Assembly: GCA_021324685.1 (NCBI GenBank)
Contig: JAJPIQ010000032.1
Coordinates: forward strand, 2,878 to 66,877
Source: Bacteroidota bacterium
GTDB lineage: Bacteria > Bacteroidota > Ignavibacteria > Palsa-1295
DNA length: 64,000 nt
Direction: 5' to 3'
Both the position numbers and the translations under genes were made by a program. Positions 12,272-22,704 of the stretch are shown here, piece by piece (the stretch's first letter is position 1; the number at the start of each line of letters is the position of its first letter). A model generated the notes under the pieces. It worked only from the letters and a program-made list of their open reading frames with translations. It ran no database searches and was not told the origin of the DNA.

Positions 12272-14785
12272 ATGGCACACGGGTCCGATCTTTCGATGGA
12301 GGCGCAGACAATGGCCGAGGAGACCCATGCGTACGATCTTCGGATGGCCCATGGATTCCTGGAATCCATTTCGGAACCGTTTCGGCATGCCGCAAGGGAA
12401 CTGGGCTTTGACTCGATCTTTCTTTCCCATGCGCGGCATGCGGCGACCACCGTGGGCAGGGAAGCCCTCGTACGGGAACTTCAACCTGATTCCGACCTCC
12501 TGGCGGTCGACCGCTCGCTCCGGGAGATAAGGGAACTTCGATCGTTCCATATTGCCGGCGAATCTCCTAATTTCGCAGGCCTCAGCGATATTGCTTCGAC
12601 CTTGCACAAGCTCGAAATCGCGGGGAGCTCGCTCTATGCCGAAGAAGGTGCCCGTGTGCTTTCGACGCTCAAGGCGATGCGCGGCCTCAGGGAATTCTTT
12701 TCCCGCAGGGCAAAAGAAATGCCGGTCTTGTGGAAGACAGCCGTTCAGCTCTTCGAGGACCGGCTGCTCGAAATGCACTTCGACCAGGTCTTCGAGGCAG
12801 ACGGATCGATCAAGGACACGGCGAGTCCGGAACTTCGACGCATACGCCGGGAAATTCTCTCGACGGGCGAAATACTTCGCGCTCGCCTGGGTGCCGTCCT
12901 GAGGCGGCTCTCCGGTGAGGAATTCGTTCGAGAAGAGATCGTGACACAACGCGAGGGGCGATACGTCATCCCGGTGAAAGTCGAGCATAAACGCCGCGTG
13001 CCGGGCTTCATTCATTCCGTCTCGCAGACCGGCCAAACGGTCTTTATCGAGCCGAGCGAAACCCTGGAACTCAATAATGAACTTCGATCGCTGGAATTTG
13101 CGGAACAGCGGGAGATCGACCGCATCCTTCGGGACCTTGCGGATCTGGTTCGCGAGTCCATTCCGAAGCTGCAGCTTTCCCTTGGGTCCGCGGCGCATCT
13201 GGACGCCGTCCATGCAAAAACGCGCTACGCGCTCGATATCGACGCGAGCGATGCGACGCTCGAAGCGCATGCAGATCCTACGGAGCGGATATTAGAACTA
13301 AAAGATGCCCGGCATCCGCTGCTCCTGGAAAAATTAGGGCGTGAACGAACGGTCCCACTCTCGATCCAGATGGATCACGAGCACCGCACGCTGGTCCTTA
13401 CCGGCCCGAACGCAGGAGGGAAAACCGTATTGCTCAAAACGATCGGTCTCCTGGCGCTCATGGCCCACGCCGGAATTCCGGTCCCGGCTTCGCATGGCGC
13501 CCGCATTCCGAAGATGGACGGGATTTACGTCGAGATCGGCGACGCACAGTCCATTGCCGATGACCTGAGCACGTTCAGTTCCCACGTGACCGCGATCGCC
13601 GCGATCCTGAGCGAGGTAACGAATGAGAGCCTCGTATTATTGGACGAATTGGGTGGCGGGACCGCCCCGGAAGAGGGGGGTGCGCTGGCAGAAAGTATCC
13701 TCGAATATGTCACGCGAATCCATGCCCTGACGATCGCCACGACGCATTACGGACGCCTTGCGGCCTATGCGGAAGCCTCTGCCGGCGTTGCAAATGGTTC
13801 CATGGAATTCGACCGTACGTCGCTTTCGCCGACGTTCCGATTTCGAATGGGGATTCCGGGCAGTTCGCATGCGTTCGATATCGCCGAACGGTTTGGCCTT
13901 AAAAAATCCATTGTGACGAGAGCGCGAGTGTTGCGAGGCGAAGAAGGCGCCCGCATCGAGGATTTAGTCGCCTCTCTCTCCGCGCTGGAACGAGATGCCA
14001 AAGATCGAAAACGCGAGGCCGAGCGAGAACTTGGCAGCGCGCGCGCGGCACGGATCCTTTCGGAGCAGCAACGCGACGAAGCCGAGTCTATCCGTCGAAC
14101 GGCGAAACAGCGGGCCTCGGAAGAAGCAGAAGCGATCCTGAAACGCGCCAATCAATTTATCGAGCGCGCGGTACGCGAAGCGAAAGAAACGGTGACGTCT
14201 TCTGCAAAGCCCGCGGACGGCCACGAAACACTTCGCTCGGTCCGTGCGCGTCAGGAGCAGGAACGAAAAAAAATCCTGGAACATCTGTCGGCCCCCGAAC
14301 CGACGGCCCCGGCACCGAGAAAACAGGAAGAAATCATGGTCGGCGCGACCGTTCGCCTGACAAGCAATCCCTCTCAGGTCGGCACGGTCCTTTCGATGAA
14401 GGGGAACGATGTCGAAATCGCCGTCGGCTCGCTCCGAATGCGCACAAAACGCGATCAGCTCGAAACGGTGACCCGAGCGGAAGCAATAGAACGGACGCCG
14501 CGAAATGAAATTTCCGAGACGACGAAATATCTCGCGGAAGCTGCGGAGCCTCGGATCGACCTTCGAGGGGAGTATGGCGACGATGCCGTAATCAAAGTCG
14601 ATCGTTTCCTGGCGGATGCTTCTGCCCATGGACTGGACCGTGTCGAAATCATTCACGGCCACGGGACCGGCGCTCTCAGCCGCCGTATTTCGATGCACCT
14701 CAAAGGCCATCCCATTGTTTCAACCTATCGCTTCGGCGAACCGAGTGAAGGCGGCGCCGGAGTAACGATCGTGGAATTAAAATAA
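12272..14785 (+). CDS. mutS2: Endonuclease MutS2
   Basis: TGPNAGGKT, STFSSH, LLDELGGGT, C-terminal Smr domain (IDLRG, IIHGHGTG). Start uncertain. Confidence 0.95.
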   Translation: MAHGSDLSMEAQTMAEETHAYDLRMAHGFLESISEPFRHAARELGFDSIFLSHARHAATTVGREALVRELQPDSDLLAVDRSLREIRELRSFHIAGESPNFAGLSDIASTLHKLEIAGSSLYAEEGARVLSTLKAMRGLREFFSRRAKEMPVLWKTAVQLFEDRLLEMHFDQVFEADGSIKDTASPELRRIRREILSTGEILRARLGAVLRRLSGEEFVREEIVTQREGRYVIPVKVEHKRRVPGFIHSVSQTGQTVFIEPSETLELNNELRSLEFAEQREIDRILRDLADLVRESIPKLQLSLGSAAHLDAVHAKTRYALDIDASDATLEAHADPTERILELKDARHPLLLEKLGRERTVPLSIQMDHEHRTLVLTGPNAGGKTVLLKTIGLLALMAHAGIPVPASHGARIPKMDGIYVEIGDAQSIADDLSTFSSHVTAIAAILSEVTNESLVLLDELGGGTAPEEGGALAESILEYVTRIHALTIATTHYGRLAAYAEASAGVANGSMEFDRTSLSPTFRFRMGIPGSSHAFDIAERFGLKKSIVTRARVLRGEEGARIEDLVASLSALERDAKDRKREAERELGSARAARILSEQQRDEAESIRRTAKQRASEEAEAILKRANQFIERAVREAKETVTSSAKPADGHETLRSVRARQEQERKKILEHLSAPEPTAPAPRKQEEIMVGATVRLTSNPSQVGTVLSMKGNDVEIAVGSLRMRTKRDQLETVTRAEAIERTPRNEISETTKYLAEAAEPRIDLRGEYGDDAVIKVDRFLADASAHGLDRVEIIHGHGTGALSRRISMHLKGHPIVSTYRFGEPSEGGAGVTIVELK

Positions 14786-14786
14786 C

Positions 14787-16232
14787 GTGAAGCTGCAAAC
14801 GATTTTTATTGCTAACCGGGGCGAGATCGCTCGGCGTGTGATCCGTTCCGCAAAAGAGTGCGGCTATGCTACGTCCGTAGCGTATTCTCCGCACGATCGC
14901 ACCGCGCTTTTTGTCCGAGAAAGCGACCGCTCCTGCCGGCTTGCCGGGAATTCGCCGAAAGATTCGTATCTCGATATCGAGCAGGTCCTGCGTGCCGCAA
15001 AAGAAGCACGGGCCGATGCGGTTCATCCGGGATACGGATTCCTGAGCGAGAATGCCGCTTTTAGCGAAGCGGTAACGAAAGCGGGAATGAAATTTATCGG
15101 TCCGAGCCCGGAAGCGATCGATCTCCTCGGCGATAAAACGAAAGCGCGCTCGCTCGCGCGAAAACTCGGCATTCCGACGCCCGACGGAACGGTCTCGGAG
15201 ATAACATCGAGCGCCGAAGCGATCGAGCAGGCCCGCGCGATCGGCTATCCGGTATTGCTCAAAGCGGCCGCCGGAGGCGGCGGGAAAGGAATGCGAATGG
15301 TCGAGCGTGAAGAAGATCTCTTGCAGAGCCTGGAACGCGCGCGTGGTGAGGCGAACAGCGCGTTCGGCGACGATCGCGTCTATCTTGAAAAGTATATTCT
15401 CAAGCCGCGCCACATCGAGTTCCAGGTATTGGCCGATCGTCATGGGAACGCGATTCATTTGGGAGAGCGCGAATGTTCGATCCAGCGACGGCATCAGAAA
15501 CTCCTGGAAGAGTCCCCCTCGTCCGTTCTCACGCCTGAGTTACGCCGTGAAATGGGTGAGGCGGCGATCGAGCTGGTGAAGCAGGCGCGGTATGAAGGGG
15601 CCGGGACGGTCGAATTTTTAGTGGGCCAGGACCTTCGCTATTATTTTCTCGAAGTCAATACGCGCTTACAAGTGGAGCACCCGGTAACGGAATTCGTGAC
15701 GGGGCTCGATCTGGTCCGCGAACAATTTCGTATTGCGGAAGGCGAGCGCGTAAGTCCGAACCCGGGCCCGCGGGGTCATGCGATCGAGGCCCGCATCCAG
15801 GCGGAAGACGTTTGGAACGATTTCCTTCCGAGTCTTGGAACGATCGCGTTCGTACGCCATCCTGCCGGTGCGTTCGTCCGTAACGATAGTGCCCTGTTTG
15901 CCGGGCTGGAAGTATCCGGTTACTACGATTCGCTCCTTTCAAAACTGATCGTATGGGATACCGACCGATCACACGCCATCGGGCGGATGGAACGCGCCCT
16001 GAGCGAGATGCGCATAGCAGGTGTTTCGACGACGATGCCGTTTGCGGCCTTCGTTATGCGAAACTCGGCGTTTCGGGCCGGAGCCTTATCGACGGCCTTT
16101 ATCGAGGAAGAATTTGGAACGGAAACCCGAGAAAAAGAATATAATAATTATCGAACTCGCTCGATCACTGCGTTTGCTGCCGCACAAGGTTGGATCGAGA
16201 AGCGGCGCAGGAATGCGAGGTTTGTTGCATGA
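14787..16232 (+). CDS. accC: Biotin carboxylase subunit
   Basis: IANRGEIA, HPGYGFLSEN, RECSIQRRHQK, EVNTRLQVEH. Confidence 0.88.
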   Translation: MKLQTIFIANRGEIARRVIRSAKECGYATSVAYSPHDRTALFVRESDRSCRLAGNSPKDSYLDIEQVLRAAKEARADAVHPGYGFLSENAAFSEAVTKAGMKFIGPSPEAIDLLGDKTKARSLARKLGIPTPDGTVSEITSSAEAIEQARAIGYPVLLKAAAGGGGKGMRMVEREEDLLQSLERARGEANSAFGDDRVYLEKYILKPRHIEFQVLADRHGNAIHLGERECSIQRRHQKLLEESPSSVLTPELRREMGEAAIELVKQARYEGAGTVEFLVGQDLRYYFLEVNTRLQVEHPVTEFVTGLDLVREQFRIAEGERVSPNPGPRGHAIEARIQAEDVWNDFLPSLGTIAFVRHPAGAFVRNDSALFAGLEVSGYYDSLLSKLIVWDTDRSHAIGRMERALSEMRIAGVSTTMPFAAFVMRNSAFRAGALSTAFIEEEFGTETREKEYNNYRTRSITAFAAAQGWIEKRRRNARFVA

Positions 16233-16244
16233 TTAATCAATGTT

Positions 16245-16511
16245 ATGGCTGTCCGTCAATGCCCTGTCTGTTTGTCCAAATCCACACTTTCGCCATCGCA
16301 CCGCCGAGACTCCAATGAAGGGTTTCTTGCGGTCGTGATGCCGCTCATTCGGCCATTCCGATGTTCTGCCTGTAACTGGCGCGGCATGATGGGCCGCTTT
16401 CCGCTCGCGCGGCACAATACGGCGAACATGGCGTTCAATGCCTTGGTATTCATCGCTTTCGTTGTTGGAGCGCTCATTGTTTTGCGCACGGCCCTGCACC
16501 CCGCTTCCTGA
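16245..16511 (+). CDS. Small Zn-ribbon membrane protein
   Basis: CPVC...RCSAC plus C-terminal TM helix; fills gap before purL. Confidence 0.6.
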   Translation: MAVRQCPVCLSKSTLSPSHRRDSNEGFLAVVMPLIRPFRCSACNWRGMMGRFPLARHNTANMAFNALVFIAFVVGALIVLRTALHPAS

Positions 16512-16550
16512 GGACGAATGTGACGGATTTCTTGTTTACCCCGGAAATCC

Positions 16551-18848
16551 ATGCAGCCAATCATCTCGACCTTTTCGCAAGCAGAACAGATCGCCATCGA
16601 ACTCGGACTTTTAAAAGAGGAGTTCGAAACAATCGTTACCATTCTCGACGGCCGTTTACCCACCTACACGGAACTTGGAATTTTTTCGGTGATGTGGAGT
16701 GAGCACTGTTCCTACAAGAATAGTATCTCCATCATTAAAACGCTTCCGCGAAAAGGAGGCCGGCTGTTGGTCGAGGCCGGTGAGGAAAATGCCGGACTGG
16801 TTGATATTGGCGAAGGACTTGCCGTCGCATTCAAGATCGAATCGCACAACCATCCTTCGGCAGTCGAGCCATACCAGGGTGCGGCGACGGGGGTGGGCGG
16901 CATTCTCCGCGATATTTTTACCATGGGCGCGCGGCCCATTGCAGCCCTGAATTCTCTGCGCTTTGGACCGCTGGACGGCCAGACCGAAGAGGCCAGTTCC
17001 GAGCGGACCAAATATTTAGTTCGGGGAGTTGTGCACGGCATTGGCGATTATGGGAACTCGTTTGGAGTACCGACGGTCGCGGGCGAAGTTTATTTCGATC
17101 CCTGCTACCAGGGAAATCCTCTGGTGAATGCCATGGCCGTCGGCATCGTCGAGCATGGCAACACGGTGAGTGCGACGGCGAGCGGGGTCGGGAATGTCGT
17201 CATGATCGTCGGTTCCCGGACGGGCCGCGATGGTATTCATGGTGCGAGTTTGCTGGCCAGCGCCGTCTTTAGCGAAGCCGCGGAATCGCTGCGTCCCACC
17301 GTCCAGGTCGGAGATCCATTCGCAGAAAAGCTTTTACTCGAGGCGACGTTGGAAGCGATCGCAGCGGGACTCGTCGTCGGAATGCAGGACATGGGTGCGG
17401 CGGGTATTAGCTGTTCGACCGCAGAGATGAGCGCCAAAGCGGGAACGGGAATGAAAATCGATCTCGATCGCGTACCGCTGCGCGAAGTGGGGATGTCGGC
17501 CTTCGAGATCATGCTCTCGGAATCCCAGGAACGAATGCTGGTCGTGGTGAGACCGGAAGATGTCGGAGGGATTCAGGCGATTTTCCAAAAGTGGGACTTG
17601 CAGGCGGAGATTGTGGGTGAGGTGACGAATACGGGCCGGGTCGTGATCGATTACGAAGGCGAGCGCGTCGCCGATATACCGGCAAAAGCGCTGGCGCTGG
17701 GGGGCGATATGACGCCCGTGTATCGACGTGAATCCCACGAACCGAAATATTTGAAAGAGGTCCGGTCGTACGATGTTTCGAATCTTTCGGATGTGGAGGA
17801 TTCGGGTGCGATGCTGCGAACGCTGCTGGCTTCTCCGAATATTGCTTCCAAGCGATGGGTCTTCGAACAGTACGATTCGATGGTCCGAACGAATTCCCTT
17901 TATTTGACGGGCAGCGATGCCGCCGTGGTTCGTATCAAAGGGACCACGAAGGGACTCGCGATGAAAACGGACTGTAATTCGCGCTATGTTTATCTCGATC
18001 CTTACCGTGGAGGGACGATCGCCGTTGCGGAAGCGGCACGAAACATCGCGTGTACCGGAGCAACACCGATCGGGGTGACCAACTGCCTTAATTTCGGAAA
18101 TCCATACGACCCGGAAGTTTATTATCAGTTCCGTGAAGCGGTGCGCGGCATGGGCGATGCATGTAACGCCTTCGAAACCCCGGTGACCGGCGGGAACGTG
18201 AGTTTTTACAACGAAAGCCCCAGCGGAGCGATCTATCCGACGCCGACCATCGGCATGATCGGTCTCATCGAGGATGTTACGCGGGTCGTTTCCAGCGAGT
18301 TCAAAGCGGAAGGCGATGCGATCGTTCTCCTTACGGCTGCAGACCCATCGAACGCCACCGATGGACTGGGCGGCAGCGAATATCTCTATCGGCGTACGGG
18401 AACGGTTACCGGCACGGCTCCGGCCTGCGATCTCGCAAAGCAAGCGGAACTCGTTCGTGCGCTTATCGAGCTTGCCGATAAACGGTTGCTCCATTCGGCG
18501 CACGATGTGAGCGAAGGGGGCATAGCGGTTGCGCTTGCAGAATGCTGCTTCGGCCAGAGCACGGAAAACCCATTGGGTGCGAATGTAACGTTTTCTTCTC
18601 CCGAGCGCCGAGATGGGACTCTGTTCGCCGAACGGCAGGGAATTGCGGTCCTCTCTTGCGAAGAAAAAAATGTGGCAGAGATTGTCGCCATAGCCCGGAA
18701 GCACGGTCTTCAGGCAGATCGAATTGGAACGGTTGAAGGCCGACGTCTCAGGATTGGCGAATGGATCGATGAGGCGGTAGAGGAGCTTTATGAGATCTAT
18801 TCGACTGCGCTACCTTCGGCGTTAGGCGAAGGTGTCCCGGTCGCGTAA
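16551..18848 (+). CDS. purL: Phosphoribosylformylglycinamidine synthase subunit PurL
   Basis: MWSEHCSYK, KIESHNHPS, DMGAAG, SESQERM. Confidence 0.97.
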   Translation: MQPIISTFSQAEQIAIELGLLKEEFETIVTILDGRLPTYTELGIFSVMWSEHCSYKNSISIIKTLPRKGGRLLVEAGEENAGLVDIGEGLAVAFKIESHNHPSAVEPYQGAATGVGGILRDIFTMGARPIAALNSLRFGPLDGQTEEASSERTKYLVRGVVHGIGDYGNSFGVPTVAGEVYFDPCYQGNPLVNAMAVGIVEHGNTVSATASGVGNVVMIVGSRTGRDGIHGASLLASAVFSEAAESLRPTVQVGDPFAEKLLLEATLEAIAAGLVVGMQDMGAAGISCSTAEMSAKAGTGMKIDLDRVPLREVGMSAFEIMLSESQERMLVVVRPEDVGGIQAIFQKWDLQAEIVGEVTNTGRVVIDYEGERVADIPAKALALGGDMTPVYRRESHEPKYLKEVRSYDVSNLSDVEDSGAMLRTLLASPNIASKRWVFEQYDSMVRTNSLYLTGSDAAVVRIKGTTKGLAMKTDCNSRYVYLDPYRGGTIAVAEAARNIACTGATPIGVTNCLNFGNPYDPEVYYQFREAVRGMGDACNAFETPVTGGNVSFYNESPSGAIYPTPTIGMIGLIEDVTRVVSSEFKAEGDAIVLLTAADPSNATDGLGGSEYLYRRTGTVTGTAPACDLAKQAELVRALIELADKRLLHSAHDVSEGGIAVALAECCFGQSTENPLGANVTFSSPERRDGTLFAERQGIAVLSCEEKNVAEIVAIARKHGLQADRIGTVEGRRLRIGEWIDEAVEELYEIYSTALPSALGEGVPVA

Positions 18849-18905
18849 GGCCGCAAAGGGTCCGCCGGGAATATATTCCCGTTCCCGAGCGGTTGAGTAG
18901 AGGTA

Positions 18906-20831
18906 ATGTTTACCACACTCCGGGCCAAGGTCTTTGCCGGTTTTCTGCTTATCCTGCTGCTGCTGGCGGGACTGGGCGGCTATGCGATCTATTCGCTGGC
19001 CTCGCTCGCGGACGCGACGAGCGGCGCTCTCGAGCGCAATGCCGTGCAAAGCCTCGCCAATGCGAGCATGTATGAAAGCCTGGTCCGGATCGACGAGGCA
19101 CAACTTCGAATGCTCTCCGGCGATACGGTGGATGCCGGCCCTGTCCTTGTCGAAGAGCCGGCACACTTTTATTTTGCGCTGCAAAATGCCTGGCATGCCA
19201 GCGTACCGCAGGACTCCTCTTCGACCTTGCTCAACGATATCGAGAACCGTTGGGATGATTACCATTCCCATCTCGATTTTTTTTATGGCCTGGCCCTGCA
19301 TCGACCGCTAACCGCCCGCAAATTTTATGAAGATACGCTCGAGCATGAGATCGATACGCTCCGCGCCCGGAACCTCGCACTCCAGGAAGTGAACTTCAAT
19401 GCATTCCAGAATGCCAAACGGCTTGCAAAAACGCGGGCGAAGGATTCCGCGGTCGGCGTTATGCTCGTAGCCGGCTTCGCGCTCGTCTTAGGTTTTATGG
19501 GAAGTTATGTTATCGCCCGGCGCACCATCCGACCGCTTCGGGAACTTACCGATAGCGTGAAAGAGCTGCGCGCCGGCCACCTGGGAACGCATATTCCTAT
19601 TCATGGGGCAGACGAAATCGCCGATCTTGGGTTCGAATTTAACCGGCTCTCGGAACGACTGCAGGAATTCGAAGCGATGAACGTGAGCGAGATCGTCCGC
19701 GAAAAGCAAAAATCGGAAGCGATCATCGAATCGATCGACGATCCGCTGCTACTTTTCGATTCCGGCGGCCATTTGCTGTTGCTCAACAAAGCTGCGGAAG
19801 AATTAACGGGAACACTTCATACGAATGTGCTCGGTCTTCCCCTCGGACAAATCTTTCGAGATCCAAAAGTCAAACGGGACATCGAACGGGCGCTGGAACA
19901 GGCCGCGCGCTCCATCCGAACGCCGGCGAATACGATCGAAGAAATGATGGCGACCGCCCCGCCGATCGTTTCCATCGTGGTACAAGGCCGAATGCGCCAT
20001 TATCGCATTCGTGTTGCACGGATTCTTTCTGCGGAAGCACGAACGGGCGGGAAAGAGCCGGTGGCCGGCGTGCTCGTCCTGTTCACCGACATCACACATT
20101 TCAAAGAATTGGATCAGATGAAGTCGGACTTCATTGCCAAAGTATCGCACGAGTTCCGTACGCCGCTCACTTCCATGACGATGTCGCTCGATATTCTCGG
20201 CGATGAGCTGGTCGGTTCGCTCAACCGCGATCAGCACGACGTGATCGAGACTTCCAAATCCGATGCGCGGCGCCTGTCGAAGCTGATCCGCGATCTTCTT
20301 ACGCTTTCGCGTTTGGAAAGCACGTCCGAAACGAAAGGGGTCGAGGAGGAAACGGATGTTTCTGCGGCGGTCCAGGACGTGATCCGTTCCATGCGCCCGA
20401 TGTACCAGGAGCGCGGCCTTGCGCTCGAGATCGAAGCGATGGACGAGGGACATTACACCATTTCGCAGGAACATTTTACCAGCGTGCTTTCGAACCTCCT
20501 TTCGAACGCTCTGAAATACACGCCGCGCGGTGGCACCGTGACGGTCGGCATGGAGTGGAACGAACATCGGCGGGAACTCTCGGTGCGCGTTCGCGATACG
20601 GGCATTGGGATCGCGCCCCAGGACCAGGAACGAATTTTTGAAAAATTCGTCCAGATCAAGCACCGCGATTCCGCGACGCCGGGCTCCGTCGGGCTGGGGC
20701 TTGCGATCGTCCGGGAAATTGCTGCACGATACAACGGTCGCGTCGAACTCCAGTCGGAGGTCGGAACAGGGAGTACGTTCACGGTCCGGTTTCATCTCGA
20801 GCCGGTTACGCACAAGGAGACGGTAGGATGA
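18906..20831 (+). CDS. Sensor histidine kinase (2 TM, HAMP, PAS, HisKA, HATPase)
   Basis: SHEFRTPLT, NLLSNALKYT, DTGIG, GLGLAI. Confidence 0.93.
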   Translation: MFTTLRAKVFAGFLLILLLLAGLGGYAIYSLASLADATSGALERNAVQSLANASMYESLVRIDEAQLRMLSGDTVDAGPVLVEEPAHFYFALQNAWHASVPQDSSSTLLNDIENRWDDYHSHLDFFYGLALHRPLTARKFYEDTLEHEIDTLRARNLALQEVNFNAFQNAKRLAKTRAKDSAVGVMLVAGFALVLGFMGSYVIARRTIRPLRELTDSVKELRAGHLGTHIPIHGADEIADLGFEFNRLSERLQEFEAMNVSEIVREKQKSEAIIESIDDPLLLFDSGGHLLLLNKAAEELTGTLHTNVLGLPLGQIFRDPKVKRDIERALEQAARSIRTPANTIEEMMATAPPIVSIVVQGRMRHYRIRVARILSAEARTGGKEPVAGVLVLFTDITHFKELDQMKSDFIAKVSHEFRTPLTSMTMSLDILGDELVGSLNRDQHDVIETSKSDARRLSKLIRDLLTLSRLESTSETKGVEEETDVSAAVQDVIRSMRPMYQERGLALEIEAMDEGHYTISQEHFTSVLSNLLSNALKYTPRGGTVTVGMEWNEHRRELSVRVRDTGIGIAPQDQERIFEKFVQIKHRDSATPGSVGLGLAIVREIAARYNGRVELQSEVGTGSTFTVRFHLEPVTHKETVG

Positions 20832-22162
20832 AAGGGAACCTCCTGATTGTCGATGACGAGCCGCATATCCTGAAGACGATGTCGATCGGGTTGCGGGCGC
20901 TCGGGTTCGACGTGGCTGCGTTTGAAGATGCGGAAGCGGCCCTCCGAGAGATCGATAAGGACTGGCTTGGCAGCGTGCATTACGATGTCGCGTTTGTCGA
21001 TCTCATGATGTTCCCGATGAACGGGATTACGCTCCTGCAGGAACTTCATCGTCGCATGCCGGACCTGACCGTCGTGATCATCACGGCTCATGCAACGGTC
21101 GATTCGGCGGTGACCGCTATGAAACTCGGAGCGTACGACTATCTTCAAAAGCCGTTCGAACTAAGAGAGCTTACGGAGTTTGTCGAGCGGGTGATGAAGT
21201 CCCACACGCTGCAAAGGTCGAGCGCGCAGAATCACGACATCCTGACGACGAATCCGACGTATCTTGGGATCCTCCGAATGGCGGAGCGTATTGCGGCTTC
21301 GCAGCTTTCGGTACTCATCGAAGGCGAAACCGGTACCGGCAAAGAATTGCTCGCCGACTTTATTCACACGCATAGCGAACGGGCCCAGCAACCGATCGTC
21401 AAGCTGAATTGTGCTGCGCTATCGGCAGAACTGATCGAATCGGAACTCTTCGGTCATGCCAAAGGTGCGTTTACGGGTGCCGTGAAAGATCGCACAGGCC
21501 GGGTGGAATCGGCGAATGGCGGAACGCTTTTTTTAGACGAGATCGGCGAGATGCCTCCGGCGATGCAGGCAAAATTACTTCGGTTTTTACAGAGCGGCGA
21601 ATTCCAACGAGTCGGAGAGAATGAAACCCGTTATGCCGACGTGCGGATCGTGGCAGCGACAAACCGTAATCTCGAAGAAGCGATCGAACGCTCCGAATTT
21701 CGCGAAGATCTTTTTTATCGATTGAGCGGGGTCCGGCTTCTGATTCCTCCCCTTCGTTTTAGAAAAGAAGATATTGTGCCGCTGGCCGAACGGTTCGTTC
21801 GGGCGGCTGAATCTCGAAGCGAGCTTTCGGAGCCTGTAAAATCGGCATTATTGGAATATGACTGGCGGGGCAACGTTCGAGAGCTCGAAAACACGATGCT
21901 CCGAGCGGCCGTACTTGCCGGCAATCGGCAATCGATCGAATTGCAGGACTTACCGAATCATATCGGGAAAACAAACCCTGCCCAGCCATTCGAAGCAACG
22001 GTGGTTAGCAATGGGAGTATGCCGCTGCGCTCGCTGGAAGAAGTCGAACGCGATTACATTGCACTCGTGATCAGCAAGAGCCCCAGTCTCGAAGAAGCGG
22101 CGCGCGTCCTCCGGATCGATAGCGCAACGCTCTGGCGCAAGAGAAAGAAGTATTCGCTATAG
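20828..22162 (+). CDS. NtrC-family sigma-54-dependent response regulator
   Basis: Receiver domain, GETGTGKE, GAFTGA, Fis-type HTH. Confidence 0.95.
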   Translation: MKGNLLIVDDEPHILKTMSIGLRALGFDVAAFEDAEAALREIDKDWLGSVHYDVAFVDLMMFPMNGITLLQELHRRMPDLTVVIITAHATVDSAVTAMKLGAYDYLQKPFELRELTEFVERVMKSHTLQRSSAQNHDILTTNPTYLGILRMAERIAASQLSVLIEGETGTGKELLADFIHTHSERAQQPIVKLNCAALSAELIESELFGHAKGAFTGAVKDRTGRVESANGGTLFLDEIGEMPPAMQAKLLRFLQSGEFQRVGENETRYADVRIVAATNRNLEEAIERSEFREDLFYRLSGVRLLIPPLRFRKEDIVPLAERFVRAAESRSELSEPVKSALLEYDWRGNVRELENTMLRAAVLAGNRQSIELQDLPNHIGKTNPAQPFEATVVSNGSMPLRSLEEVERDYIALVISKSPSLEEAARVLRIDSATLWRKRKKYSL

Positions 22163-22232
22163 CGTTGGATTTTTAGGAACCTCGGCCCTTGCTTACACGT
22201 TTTTCGGCTCCCTATGCGAACGCATAGGCTAT

Positions 22233-22271
22233 TCCTGAGTAGCTCAGTTGGTTAGAGCATCTGACTGTTAA
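22233..22271 (+). tRNA. 5' half of tRNA-Asn(GTT), interrupted after the anticodon loop; probable prophage att junction
   Basis: TCCTGAG-TA-GCTC-AGTTGGTTA-GAGC-A-TCTGA-CTGTTAA followed by non-tRNA GCCTTGGG; expected TCAGA and T arm not found nearby. Confidence 0.85.
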
Positions 22272-22373
22272 GCCTTGGGATTGATTTTTACCCTCCCTCT
22301 CACGCGTCCCGGGCGCTGTTTTTGCTCCGCTTTCGACAGGCCACGTCACTACGCTTCACTCGTTATCCCGTCG

Positions 22374-22395
22374 GTATGTTACGCAGTATGTTACG
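22374..22395 (+). repeat. Tandem repeat GTATGTTACG x2, candidate integrase arm-type sites
   Basis: Exact 10-mers at 22374 and 22386, about 100 bp inside the junction. Confidence 0.55.
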
Positions 22396-22424
22396 TTTTG
22401 GAACTTTAAATTAGGTAATAAAAA

Positions 22425-22615
22425 CGCCCAGTGGGAGCGACCCACTGGACGTATCGTTAAAGCTATACGCGACACGCACCTAAACGACAAACGGCGCGCC
22501 ACGCAAGCTTACTATTCCCATCGTAGAGCGACTACGTGGGAACACTTTGCAAGGGATATAAAAGATAACTACCTTGAAGCTGGTGACACAGCGAAGGCTT
22601 GTTCGTTTAGGTAAT
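22425..22615. ncRNA. Candidate structured non-coding RNA
   Basis: Two hairpins with AGCGA loops, a GCTG-GTGACA-CAGC hairpin, and long-range pairing of 22478-22490 with 22599-22612. Confidence 0.4.
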
Positions 22616-22704
22616 ACGCACAACCAAGGGGCTCGCAATTTAGATTCGCGGCTCAGAACAGAGTTTAACCCATATCTCGATTCCCGCCTAAATCATCGCC
22701 CTCA

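Noticed and set aside
22211-22228. Hairpin CCTATGCG-AA-CGCATAGG before the tRNA half
   Set aside because: Real inverted repeat, but with no U tract or assignable function.
22272-22700. Group I intron in tRNA-Asn
   Set aside because: No 3' exon (TCAGA, T arm, CTCAGGA) or recognisable intron core before the phage genes begin.
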